A stretch of DNA of 64,000 nt from a virus (taxonomy: Duplodnaviria > Caudoviricetes): positions 1,145 to 65,144 of the IMG/VR virus record IMGVR_UViG_3300027759_000007. One strand, written 5' to 3'. The notes beneath the pieces are model-generated. The model was not told the origin of the DNA, did not search any database, and saw only the letters and a list, made by a program, of their open reading frames with translations. The position numbers and the translations under genes were made by a program. Below are positions 47,075 to 55,679 of the stretch, one piece after another. Numbering within the stretch: the first letter of the stretch is position 1; each line of letters opens with the position of its first letter.

Positions 47075-47311
47075 TTAAGAAAGGATTTCTGCTTTGCGGT
47101 TGGCTGTCAGGATTCCTTCGGCTGTGAGGATGTCTAACCCCTGTGAAAGCTCTACTGAATCGTCACGGATACGATCCGCTCCAAGTCCGATCATGCGCCA
47201 ATAAGCCACTTGCGGATTTGTGGATAGTCCGATGGCAATTACCTCCGATTGGGTGAGCTTCGTTTGCAGAAAGTCCTTTGGTGTCATGCACCATTTAAGT
47301 TGGATATTCAT
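47075..47311 (-). CDS. Small protein after fibre 1 (chaperone-like)
   Basis: ...GLDILTAEGILTANRKAEIL C-terminus, typical of fibre-associated small proteins. Confidence 0.65.
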   Translation of the reverse strand: MNIQLKWCMTPKDFLQTKLTQSEVIAIGLSTNPQVAYWRMIGLGADRIRDDSVELSQGLDILTAEGILTANRKAEILS

Positions 47312-47314
47312 AAA

Positions 47315-48115
47315 TTAGTAAACTGCGTTTCCTCCTATATCGACGGTTGGTGTGAATCCAGTGTAGGAACATCTGCCAATAAATGTACCACTGGTGTTTG
47401 CTGCTATCGAGCCACCCGCAGGGCGAAGGTCACAGTTATCAGCAGAAAATTGGTTGGCAGTGCCACCACCCCCACTTCCGGCGTTAGCCTGTGCCGATAG
47501 CACCAGACAGCCCCTTCCATTTATCGTGATGGTTCCAGCATATCCCCCGAAGCCGGGACTTTCAAAACCAAAGCCATCGCCACCAGTACTGTCTATGTGG
47601 TTAATTTTACAGTCACCAGTTACTATCATATCGCCCCCATTTCCGCCATTAAGACCATTAACCTCTAGTGGATCGCTTCCTGTGCCTCCTTTTGCATATG
47701 CAGTTAAAGCGCATTGGTTTGCTTCTATGGTAAGACTGGGTGAATTTGTGGCTTGCACCGAATTCACGTTTGCTGGAGTAACTGAAACCGTGAGGTCTGT
47801 TGCGTAGTTCCCACGTCCCGAAACATTCTTCAAACTTGAACTAATAGGTCGGTTGCTGACGGTTACATTAAATGTCCCAACTCCAAACTGGATTACAAAG
47901 CTCACTCCTACCGCATGGCCCGCAGCCTCGGCGGCTGTGCCTGTGGCGTAGGGCAACGCAGGATTACCCACGGCTCCAGTGCTATCGTTGCCCATTGTCT
48001 CGACGTAATAGACCTTGGGGGTCGAGATTACCCCAGATACACCCAGATTAGTTCTTGCCGCTGCATTGTCTGCGGATCGAAGAAAAGTATCAATATTGGC
48101 GGAGACGTTTGGCAT
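47315..48115 (-). CDS. Fibre/spike-like protein 1 (beta-helix/Gly-rich)
   Basis: YYVETMGNDSTG..GNPALPYAT (DUF1565-like) after the shared N-terminus. Confidence 0.75.
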   Translation of the reverse strand: MPNVSANIDTFLRSADNAAARTNLGVSGVISTPKVYYVETMGNDSTGAVGNPALPYATGTAAEAAGHAVGVSFVIQFGVGTFNVTVSNRPISSSLKNVSGRGNYATDLTVSVTPANVNSVQATNSPSLTIEANQCALTAYAKGGTGSDPLEVNGLNGGNGGDMIVTGDCKINHIDSTGGDGFGFESPGFGGYAGTITINGRGCLVLSAQANAGSGGGGTANQFSADNCDLRPAGGSIAANTSGTFIGRCSYTGFTPTVDIGGNAVY

Positions 48116-48127
48116 AAAAGGTCAAGT
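48051..48127. repeat. 77-bp direct repeat copy 2
   Basis: Matches 46981-47057 with one mismatch. Confidence 0.95.
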
Positions 48128-48345
48128 TAAGGAGTTGCGTAGTAATCGCTGCCATCGGGTGTGCGATAGTCGGCGCTGCCATCTGGAGTGAGGTAAGCGT
48201 CACCGGGAAAGCCGCCGCCGCCCAAAGCACAGGCGATCAATATCTGTTGGAGGAGCGTTTGTTGAGTCGTCGCGATATTGCTCGTCTCTATGACGACTAG
48301 CGTTTCATTAACTTTTTCACTTGAGGCAAAGGGGGAAGCACTCAT
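48127..48345 (-). CDS. Small capsid-associated protein (paralogue of 48342-48584)
   Basis: PFAS..K..ETL..I and ATTQQTLLQQIL shared with its neighbour. Confidence 0.65.
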   Translation of the reverse strand: MSASPFASSEKVNETLVVIETSNIATTQQTLLQQILIACALGGGGFPGDAYLTPDGSADYRTPDGSDYYATP

Positions 48346-48584
48346 GCAGTAGCAGCGAGTACGAGGATTTGTTGAAGAAGTGTTTGCTCAGTTGTAGCGA
48401 GAGGCGACCCGCCGAGAGCGGTGATAGTGTTCTGCATCGGGTCTCCCCCGACTGCATTACGATTTGCCAAAGCCATAGCGATCTGCTGATAGAGCTTCTG
48501 ATTGGTCGTGCCTACATACGGCTCACCGATGATGGTCAGGGTTTCCTGAATCTTGGCGTCTGATGCAAAAGGGTAGGCGTTCAT
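48342..48584 (-). CDS. Small capsid-associated protein with internal duplication
   Basis: GTTNQKLYQQI and ATTEQTLLQQI; directly after the capsid gene. Confidence 0.65.
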   Translation of the reverse strand: MNAYPFASDAKIQETLTIIGEPYVGTTNQKLYQQIAMALANRNAVGGDPMQNTITALGGSPLATTEQTLLQQILVLAATA

Positions 48585-48604
48585 GGCGTGTAGTTCTTAG
48601 GAGA

Positions 48605-48634
48605 AGCCTCCCAGAGTTGTCGCTCTGGGAGGCT
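48605..48634 (-). terminator. 12-bp hairpin after the capsid gene (leaky terminator or stabiliser)
   Basis: AGCCTCCCAGAG-N6-CTCTGGGAGGCT; U-tract weak. Confidence 0.6.
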
Positions 48635-48657
48635 CAAGACTATCTAGTTGGCTTACC

Positions 48658-49830
48658 TTAGTAGGTGCAACCAGAACCAGTGATCTGCGGGCAGCGCTTC
48701 CAGATGATAACGTAGCCGTACTGCACCTTGATAGGCTTGTAGGCGGCGTAGAGCTGGGAAGCCCAGTAGCCCATGTTCTTCATCAGGTTGATGGAACCGT
48801 CAAGATTCACATCTGGATTGCGCCAGATGACCTGTCCGTTGTAGTTGTATCCACCAAAGCTGGTGTCGCCACCAACTGAGGACACTGCTTTTGGCACCAA
48901 ACGATGCACAACGTCCTGATGCCAGACGAAGGCGGCTTCGTAGCCAGCACTCACATAAGCAGGATTCAACACCAGCTTGGTGCCGATGGTGGCAGCAGCA
49001 GTGGTGTAGAATGGCACCTCGACGTAAGCACCATTAACGAAGTTGTAACGAGGCATCTTGTTGTCGATGATGTGCATGTAGCCACCGTAGGCGCTATCCA
49101 CATTCCAGTTCTTGAGCAGCGCAGCATCTTCACCCTTGCCCATTTCAGCAAAGCGGAAGTCTTCGCGAGTGCTAGCATCGCCTTTGACGATGGTGCGATG
49201 ACCTTCGCTGGATGTGATTAGAGGAAGCTGTGGAGCTGCGTTTTTGAACGCATAGGCTTCTTCACCACCGCCGTCTTGGATGATCTGAGTGTACAGAGTG
49301 TCCAGGAGGTTTTGGTTGATCTGGAAGTCAGCTTCGGCGGCTGGCAACGTCGAGCCGCTGCTGCTGGTGAGCGAGGAGTCGAAGATGATCTTGTGACCCG
49401 CGTTCGTAATGAACTGGGCCTTGTCGCGATCTTCCCAGAGATCCACAATGGTCTGGATGAACTGGCTGCGCTTGTTGGCAACCTGACTCTTGAAGTCGTA
49501 GGAACTCCAAGCATCGTCCAAACAGATGGTGTCTGAGGTTTCCACGCGCTTGTAGGCACTCCAAGTCAGGAGGTCAATAGCGGAGCTAGTGGTTCCTGGG
49601 GAAGGCGCACAGTTGTTGCCATCACCTTCTTCAGGCTGGACAGCGACCCAACCCGAACCACCTGTGCGCTGCGAGCGCTGAGTGACTGGAGTGGAGAAGT
49701 TGAAACCCATGCCCTGTGGGAGCACGTCTTTCTTGATGAGGGCGGATACACGTCCACGGACGCGCATAATATTGTAAACATCACCTTGGATTCGGGATGC
49801 GTCGGCGACGAACATTGGTTCGATATTCAT
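48658..49830 (-). CDS. Major capsid protein
   Basis: 390 aa, after portal and scaffold; own promoter, long leader and downstream hairpin; C-ending codon bias. Assigned mainly by synteny. Confidence 0.75.
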   Translation of the reverse strand: MNIEPMFVADASRIQGDVYNIMRVRGRVSALIKKDVLPQGMGFNFSTPVTQRSQRTGGSGWVAVQPEEGDGNNCAPSPGTTSSAIDLLTWSAYKRVETSDTICLDDAWSSYDFKSQVANKRSQFIQTIVDLWEDRDKAQFITNAGHKIIFDSSLTSSSGSTLPAAEADFQINQNLLDTLYTQIIQDGGGEEAYAFKNAAPQLPLITSSEGHRTIVKGDASTREDFRFAEMGKGEDAALLKNWNVDSAYGGYMHIIDNKMPRYNFVNGAYVEVPFYTTAAATIGTKLVLNPAYVSAGYEAAFVWHQDVVHRLVPKAVSSVGGDTSFGGYNYNGQVIWRNPDVNLDGSINLMKNMGYWASQLYAAYKPIKVQYGYVIIWKRCPQITGSGCTY

Positions 49831-50063
49831 AGTAGGGGAGGGGGTCTTTGGGTTTGGTTGTCCCCCTGTGCCTCAAGCTCATGCCGATAGCAGTCAGGAG
49901 ACGGTTGTCTCTTGCACTGGCATCGGGGGAGCTACCCCAACTATGTGATTTAAGCTCTGTCGCCTTTGATCATTGAGCGAGCTACCTCAATCCGCAAAGA
50001 CACGGTTTTTAAGCTCGCTATGACTCTCTGATAATTTCGGTAGAAAGTCAATAGGGAAAGTGT

Positions 50064-50100
50064 AAAAAGAAAAACCCGCCTCCCTTTCGAGAGACGGGTT
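50064..50100 (-). terminator. Rho-independent terminator after the scaffold gene
   Basis: AACCCGTCTCTC-GAAA-GGGAGGCGGGTT-TTTCTTTTT. Confidence 0.85.
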
Positions 50101-50169
50101 ATTTTGAGGGTCATTGCAGTCTAAGCCTATTCCGTGTGCTGGCCTCATTAAAGACGCGCCCTTCTCAAA

Positions 50170-51390
50170 TTATCGAATCCCCATCGCTGCCAGTCCATCT
50201 AGCAACGACTTGCCTCCATCTGGACCTGTGCGAGGTGCTGGTCCTTGACGATTGGCTTCGCCTGGGCCTGCGCTTGCGCCTGAGCGACTCTTGGCGAGCT
50301 TCTCAAGACTGGCGTTCTTTTGAATAAGACCATTTAGCGTCTGAATGAGGTATGGCATCGCGGCAGCAACCTGTGCTTGATAAGCTGCGAGCATCGGCTT
50401 CTCGGAGGGGTTAGCCAGTGCTGCTTTCTTCATGGCTTCACCGACCTTGGGGTCATCGAATAACCCTGGGATCTTCTTCAGATTGGCTTCTAGTTTGCTG
50501 TAAATTTCTGTCGAAGCGGCTTTCAACTCGGCTTGTTGCTTCTCGGACATGCGGGCCTGCTCAATCTGCTTCTGCCCTTGGAGGGACTTCTGAATTTCGG
50601 CAGCGTTCGCCTTCAACTCATTCATCTTGGGCACCACGTTCTTGTGGAACTCGTTGGTGGCTGTGATTGCCATCTGAATCGCGTCTTCTCCGACCTCGTT
50701 CTCAGAGGCGAGCAAGGCTTTGCGAATGGCACCCGCCCGTTGGAAGGGGTTGGCGATGTCAAGTGATTCGTATAGCGCAGTCGCTTCCACACCTGCATAC
50801 TCAGCCACTTGGTCAAGCGTGTTCCTGATTTCACTCATCGGGGCAATCACTTCCGCCTGATACTCTGGAGTCTCTTCAATAGCGTAGGCTGATCGAAAGT
50901 TACGGAGTTCTGCAAGCTCAGTCTCTACTTCTGGAGCGAGTTTAGGTTCCGCCTTCTCCAGTTCGATAATCTTGGCTTTTAGAGACTCAACTTCTGGCTT
51001 AAGTTTGTCCAATTCTGTCGCTTTGGCTTTGAGTTCGCCCCACTTCGCTGTTTGAGCTTCGTTCTTGAACGTCGGTTCTGGCACAACCTCTTCCTTCTTG
51101 GCTTCAAGCTCCTTTTTCTCTTCTTCAGTCTTGATCTCAGCTTCCCACGGATTGTCGAAGTCTTTGAGTGCCTCAGTCGGTTTGTCCACATCAGGCGCTA
51201 GATTGGCTTCAACCACCTCTGCTTTAACCTCGGCAACGGGTGCCTCAACGACGGGTGCCGCTGACTGACCTTTGTTGGAGTGGAACTGCGAGATAGCTGA
51301 GTCCAGCCCATCCATCAGTGACCGTCCTCCATCAGGTGTGGGGACGGAAGGTGCTAAGTTGGTGGATTCGATGTTAGTTGTGTCAATCAT
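50170..51390 (-). CDS. Putative scaffolding protein
   Basis: Acidic, coiled-coil, between portal and capsid; N- and C-terminal PDGGxSLxDGL repeat. Confidence 0.65.
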   Translation of the reverse strand: MIDTTNIESTNLAPSVPTPDGGRSLMDGLDSAISQFHSNKGQSAAPVVEAPVAEVKAEVVEANLAPDVDKPTEALKDFDNPWEAEIKTEEEKKELEAKKEEVVPEPTFKNEAQTAKWGELKAKATELDKLKPEVESLKAKIIELEKAEPKLAPEVETELAELRNFRSAYAIEETPEYQAEVIAPMSEIRNTLDQVAEYAGVEATALYESLDIANPFQRAGAIRKALLASENEVGEDAIQMAITATNEFHKNVVPKMNELKANAAEIQKSLQGQKQIEQARMSEKQQAELKAASTEIYSKLEANLKKIPGLFDDPKVGEAMKKAALANPSEKPMLAAYQAQVAAAMPYLIQTLNGLIQKNASLEKLAKSRSGASAGPGEANRQGPAPRTGPDGGKSLLDGLAAMGIR

Positions 51391-51746
51391 GGGTTTTTAG
51401 AGATAGGTAGGGGGATTGGTTGGAAGTCAGCAGCAATGTGATCAAACTCATCAGGGTCTTCGGTCAAGGCTTCATTTGCGTTGAATCGACGTGCCAACCG
51501 CTTCAGTCGATCAAGGATAGCATTGGCTCCTTGGAGGAAGTGATAGTAATGCGCGAGATTAGTGTCGGGGTGCAGCCCTGGAACTTGGTCAGGCAGACTA
51601 TTTCTCGGGCGAGATTCGTCACTGAGGATGCTGAGAGCCTGCTTCATTGAGGTCAGAGCAAGGGCTTCCTGCAACTGGGTGACAAGTTCCGCTGACTTGC
51701 GGAAGTGCATTTCGGCATCCGACGTGGGGAGAGTTGTAGTGGTCAT
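51387..51746 (-). CDS. Hypothetical protein
   Basis: 119 aa between portal and scaffold. Confidence 0.7.
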   Translation of the reverse strand: MTTTTLPTSDAEMHFRKSAELVTQLQEALALTSMKQALSILSDESRPRNSLPDQVPGLHPDTNLAHYYHFLQGANAILDRLKRLARRFNANEALTEDPDEFDHIAADFQPIPLPISKNP

Positions 51747-51762
51747 ACCGTGGTAATTTCAG

Positions 51763-51791
51763 ATTATGGAAGACTTTCCATTTATCGTCAA
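51763..51791 (-). promoter_or_regulatory. Sigma70 promoter
   Basis: TTGACG-N17-CATAAT upstream of the ATG at 51746. Confidence 0.7.
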
Positions 51792-54323
51792 CTACTTCTT
51801 GTTCGTTTGCACAGGTTTGTTAGAGCCTTTGACCTTGAGGCTGGTCTCCACGTCCTTCACTGCCATGTTCTGCCTTGCCTGCGCGGCGTCGAGGTAGGTG
51901 CGGGTGCGGATGGCTTCTGTCTCAGCAAGGGTCTTGGCAGTGGTCGCCTGCTCCTTGGCTGTAGCTGCTCTCGCGGCTGCGTCGGCGTTGGCAATAACAA
52001 GACCTGCTGGCACACCCCCATAGAGATCGCCCTCGGCTTGACCGCTTGCTTCAAGCTCACGTTGCGATTCGGCATCAAGGTGCTTGCGGCTGTTCTTGAT
52101 GAACTCACCAAGCTGCTGAAGGTTCTCTTTGAACTGTGGCTTAGCTGGGTTCATGTCGGAGAGCATCGGCATGTGCTCCTCATTACAGTGCAGCCACACA
52201 GGCTCCATCTTGTCGATAGTATCGCGGAGGAGATCACCGCCGTCTGTTCCCGGCTTGAGTGCTTTGATCTGCTCGCCAAAGCCTTCGTTGATGGCGTTGA
52301 GGAACTCAGTGTGCTTCTCAAGGTGGACGAAGTGGTCTTGGTTCGGCTCGAAGGCTGGTGGTTGACCCAGCGACATAAGACTGTTCTCCATCTGTGCAAC
52401 TTGGGCATCGACAGGAGGACGTAGCCCTGGCTCATCGGGAACGAGTTGATTGGCGATCTGGAACCCTGCGTATGACGCGGCAGTCAGTCGGTTGAGGTAG
52501 CGTTGACCTTCTGGATCAAGCTGACCGCCAAGGCTTTGATTCAAAGCTGTGACTACTGAACGGCGTTCGGAAGCGCTGCCTTTGCCGATACCTGAGTTGA
52601 CTTCCATCGCGTCAAAATCGACGTTTTGCAGAATGTCGATGACTTGCTGTACATCAGTTACGCCGAGTGGTTGCAAGCGAGTGAGCAGCCAGTTATACAG
52701 CTTGTGGACTTCCCTGCCGCCTGGATCAGACGTAAGGTAGTCTTCACGGCAAACTCGTTTGAGTGTGGTGCAAAGAAGTTTTTCCCACGCAGCCATAAAC
52801 ATGCTAAAGGAAGATGCCTGTAAACTGCCCTGCATCTCTGTCTCTGTCTGTACTTGCGTAGCGGTCTTGCGCGTCCGGTCAGTCTGAGCCGACAAGACTG
52901 GAGCAGACGAAGCAGCACGGGCTTGAACAAGTCCGTTGATGACTTGAAGAGCTGGGGACAGGTTGCTGTTTACATCGGGGTGATTGACTTGTTGGAAGTT
53001 CAATCCCGAAGCCATCATCATGTACGGCCCCATCGGTGTGAACATCTTCTCCACATTCAAATCCTCATTGTCTGTGGATATATGCGGAGTAGCTGCAAAC
53101 ATCGCATTGTCCAGCAGCTTGTTGATCATCTTGTTCTGACCTGTAGTGGACGAGAACATCTTGTAGCCTAGACCACGAATAGAGTGGAAGTTTCCTGTGG
53201 TGCCGACGTTTTCGATGAAGGCTGTGATCAATTCACTGATGTCTGTGAATTTACCCTCGCATTTATATAAGAACTCACCCTGTCCATCGAACCTTGAGAC
53301 GTAGTGACTGACTGTGCCATCCAGCTCGCGGATGTAGCCGTGAATTACTCGAACTGTGTTGGCTGTGATGCCAAAGCTAATGTCGTTACCCTTCCAAGCG
53401 CGACTAACGGCTTCTGGGTCATTAACATCGAGTCCTTTTGATCCGCTGGTTTCCTTGATAGCTTCAAGCACAGCCGCTTTGTTCCAGTACCTCTTGTAGC
53501 CTTCTTCTGGAGATTGCGCGGTTGCTGGCTTCTCCATGACGGCATCATCTTCGGTCATCTCGACCTCAGTGAACTCGCCCATCTCTGGCTGCTCAACTTC
53601 TTCCATCTCATCTTCCATCTGGAAGGCTTCTTGATATGACTCTTCCCCTTCATCCTCTGATCTGATCTTAGACATCAGCTCATCGGGGCGCATATAGTCT
53701 TGGCAGGTAATGACATCAAGGTAGTTGACATCGGCGGGTGTATCGCGTGGAAACTTGAGATCATCCAGTCCTTTGACAATCCACTGCCAGTTATAAGGGT
53801 CGTTATGCAGAGGAAGCCCCACACCTTCAGAGACATAGAGGTTCACCAGTTGGCACCACCTCGGGCGAAAGCTCGGCCACTTGATCAGCATTCGCGTGAA
53901 CCCTTCTGCAAGGATTGGTTCAACAATGCTACGCATCTTCACGTCCAAGAAGTCTTGCTTCAACGGGGTCGAGATGAAGGTGTCCAGTGTTTCGAGCAAA
54001 CGCCAGTACGGCATCATGGCTTCTTCAAGCACTTGACCGAGGCTACCCCAGTTGATGTTTGCTGTGCCGCCTAACCCACGACGAACGAGACTACCTTGAT
54101 CTTTCGGGGCATCGCCTCCTGCTGCTGCTTGCACAAGCGCTCGTTTCTGACTTGAGTATAAGTCTTCGTTGAAAAGCGTAACGTGCATCGTCGCTAGTTC
54201 AGCTGCCGACTTGAGCCGACCGCGCATGATGAGCTTCTGTTCTGGCGTTACCACTGACGGTACGGCATCAGTGGCTAGAGCATCAGTTAGCGGGGCAGCA
54301 TTGACTTGGGCGACGGCGGGCAT
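51792..54323 (-). CDS. Portal protein
   Basis: 843 aa heading the head module; RGLG, RKTATQV (podoviral TATEV-like) and a helical C-terminal barrel. Confidence 0.75.
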   Translation of the reverse strand: MPAVAQVNAAPLTDALATDAVPSVVTPEQKLIMRGRLKSAAELATMHVTLFNEDLYSSQKRALVQAAAGGDAPKDQGSLVRRGLGGTANINWGSLGQVLEEAMMPYWRLLETLDTFISTPLKQDFLDVKMRSIVEPILAEGFTRMLIKWPSFRPRWCQLVNLYVSEGVGLPLHNDPYNWQWIVKGLDDLKFPRDTPADVNYLDVITCQDYMRPDELMSKIRSEDEGEESYQEAFQMEDEMEEVEQPEMGEFTEVEMTEDDAVMEKPATAQSPEEGYKRYWNKAAVLEAIKETSGSKGLDVNDPEAVSRAWKGNDISFGITANTVRVIHGYIRELDGTVSHYVSRFDGQGEFLYKCEGKFTDISELITAFIENVGTTGNFHSIRGLGYKMFSSTTGQNKMINKLLDNAMFAATPHISTDNEDLNVEKMFTPMGPYMMMASGLNFQQVNHPDVNSNLSPALQVINGLVQARAASSAPVLSAQTDRTRKTATQVQTETEMQGSLQASSFSMFMAAWEKLLCTTLKRVCREDYLTSDPGGREVHKLYNWLLTRLQPLGVTDVQQVIDILQNVDFDAMEVNSGIGKGSASERRSVVTALNQSLGGQLDPEGQRYLNRLTAASYAGFQIANQLVPDEPGLRPPVDAQVAQMENSLMSLGQPPAFEPNQDHFVHLEKHTEFLNAINEGFGEQIKALKPGTDGGDLLRDTIDKMEPVWLHCNEEHMPMLSDMNPAKPQFKENLQQLGEFIKNSRKHLDAESQRELEASGQAEGDLYGGVPAGLVIANADAAARAATAKEQATTAKTLAETEAIRTRTYLDAAQARQNMAVKDVETSLKVKGSNKPVQTNKK

Positions 54324-54506
54324 ATTAAAAGAGTCTCAGGGGAAAGTAGGCAGGCGTCAAGTGCATAGATTATAGCTTGGCGTGGATTAGTGGCTTGCAC
54401 TTAGCTGGGCACTTCTTCATTAGACCAGTTCCAGCGTTGATGAGAATGTGACCTTTATTCAGGCAAAGGTGGCACACGGGTTTTGGGATTGACGGGGTAT
54501 CTTGGT

Positions 54507-55115
54507 TCATACTTCAATTTGCTGGGGTTCTCCAATTTGACACTCTGCTGTGTATAGGTATTCGAGAGACTCGAAGCGTGGTAGGCTCTCACACGGTTTG
54601 GCAAACGCAGTGTCCACACTGAGCACACGATTGTTTGGCACGGCTGCGAACCAGCCCTCCTCCACTTGCAGGACGTGGAGCTGTTTATGCTGCTCGAAAC
54701 AGTCTGCCAAGGCGTTTCCCTCAAAGTCGATGGTGAACAAATATCTGGCTGGCAGGCGTTCTGGGTAGCCGTCAGCCTGTCTCACGTTGAGGAGCAGTGC
54801 GTTGCCTCTCTTCCATAAAGCAAACTCATGCACGGTGAACGTCGATGAGAACGTGTCCCACGGTTGAATCAACTCGGCATCCGGTAGTGGGCATGGTTTC
54901 CAGCACAGCGCTTGAATAGGTAGGCAGAACATCGCCCCAGCTATCTCTGGTTCATCGAAACGAACTTGAAACTGGAGGCTTGCTGCTTCCTGGCATCGGA
55001 TGCCTAGAATGTGGGCTTTGAGGTAGCTGTTGTGTCCGCGTTGGTGGTTCTGGGTGAACTCTGCACGGACTAGGCAGCGAACGATTGAGGGAGTGTCGGC
55101 GAGAATGAAAGACAT
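54507..55115 (-). CDS. Conserved hypothetical phage protein
   Basis: GAMFCLPIQAL, YLFTID, QHKQLHVL, FAAVPNNR; resembles a widespread aquatic phage family (recalled). Confidence 0.7.
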   Translation of the reverse strand: MSFILADTPSIVRCLVRAEFTQNHQRGHNSYLKAHILGIRCQEAASLQFQVRFDEPEIAGAMFCLPIQALCWKPCPLPDAELIQPWDTFSSTFTVHEFALWKRGNALLLNVRQADGYPERLPARYLFTIDFEGNALADCFEQHKQLHVLQVEEGWFAAVPNNRVLSVDTAFAKPCESLPRFESLEYLYTAECQIGEPQQIEV

Positions 55116-55133
55116 AGCGTTGTGGTTCTGAGG

Positions 55134-55388
55134 TCATACCCAGTCAGGGTTAAGTGGTTTTGGTTTTGTGCGAGTCGGTTTAGGTTGTCCCCTCCGCCCC
55201 TTGCTCAGCTCGTCCCGAAGGCACCCGCACGATGTCGAGCGGAGCTGTTGCAAGGTGTCAGCTCTGACAACGCGGATGGAACCACACGAACACTGGCACA
55301 CCCAATGTGTGCGTCTGGACGGCGACTGCTTGATGACAGTCAGGCGTCCAAAGACTTTGTGGGTGAGGTTGTCTGGGTGGCGGGGCAT
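55134..55388 (-). CDS. Stand-alone Cys-rich repeat domain of the type found in HNH homing endonucleases
   Basis: NLTHKVFGRLTVI...WVCQCSCG...TSCGC. Confidence 0.7.
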   Translation of the reverse strand: MPRHPDNLTHKVFGRLTVIKQSPSRRTHWVCQCSCGSIRVVRADTLQQLRSTSCGCLRDELSKGRRGQPKPTRTKPKPLNPDWV

Positions 55389-55397
55389 CGCGATTAG

Positions 55398-55583
55398 TCA
55401 CTCTCCCTCACCGTTGGTTGCGTCCTCTTGGCTGGCTCGTTCGGCCTCACGGCAAAGCATGAACGTCTGGATGTGCAGCACTCCCACCATGTTGGTATAG
55501 GTCAGGTCGTACTCGCACCTGTAGCGCATGATCAGGGATTCGAGGTCGTTGGCGAAGTGTCGGGCTTGGTCGCGTTGATCCAT
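55398..55583 (-). CDS. Hypothetical protein
   Basis: MDQRDQARHFANDLESLIMRYRCEYDLTY..VGVL. Confidence 0.55.
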   Translation of the reverse strand: MDQRDQARHFANDLESLIMRYRCEYDLTYTNMVGVLHIQTFMLCREAERASQEDATNGEGE

Positions 55584-55679
55584 GTGTGGGGGAAGTTTAG
55601 ACGGGCTGGAGTGGGGAAGCAAGTTGTGTTTTCATTTGTGGGTGAAATATTTTGGAGTGATTTTTGTTGAGACGGGTTT

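Noticed and set aside
46981-48127. Direct repeats as DGR template/variable repeats or an invertible shufflon
   Set aside because: No reverse transcriptase or invertase; repeats are direct, N-terminal and differ at one synonymous site.
20935-54375. Many + strand ORFs antisense to the structural genes
   Set aside because: They overlap long coherent - strand genes and lack motifs; treated as shadows.
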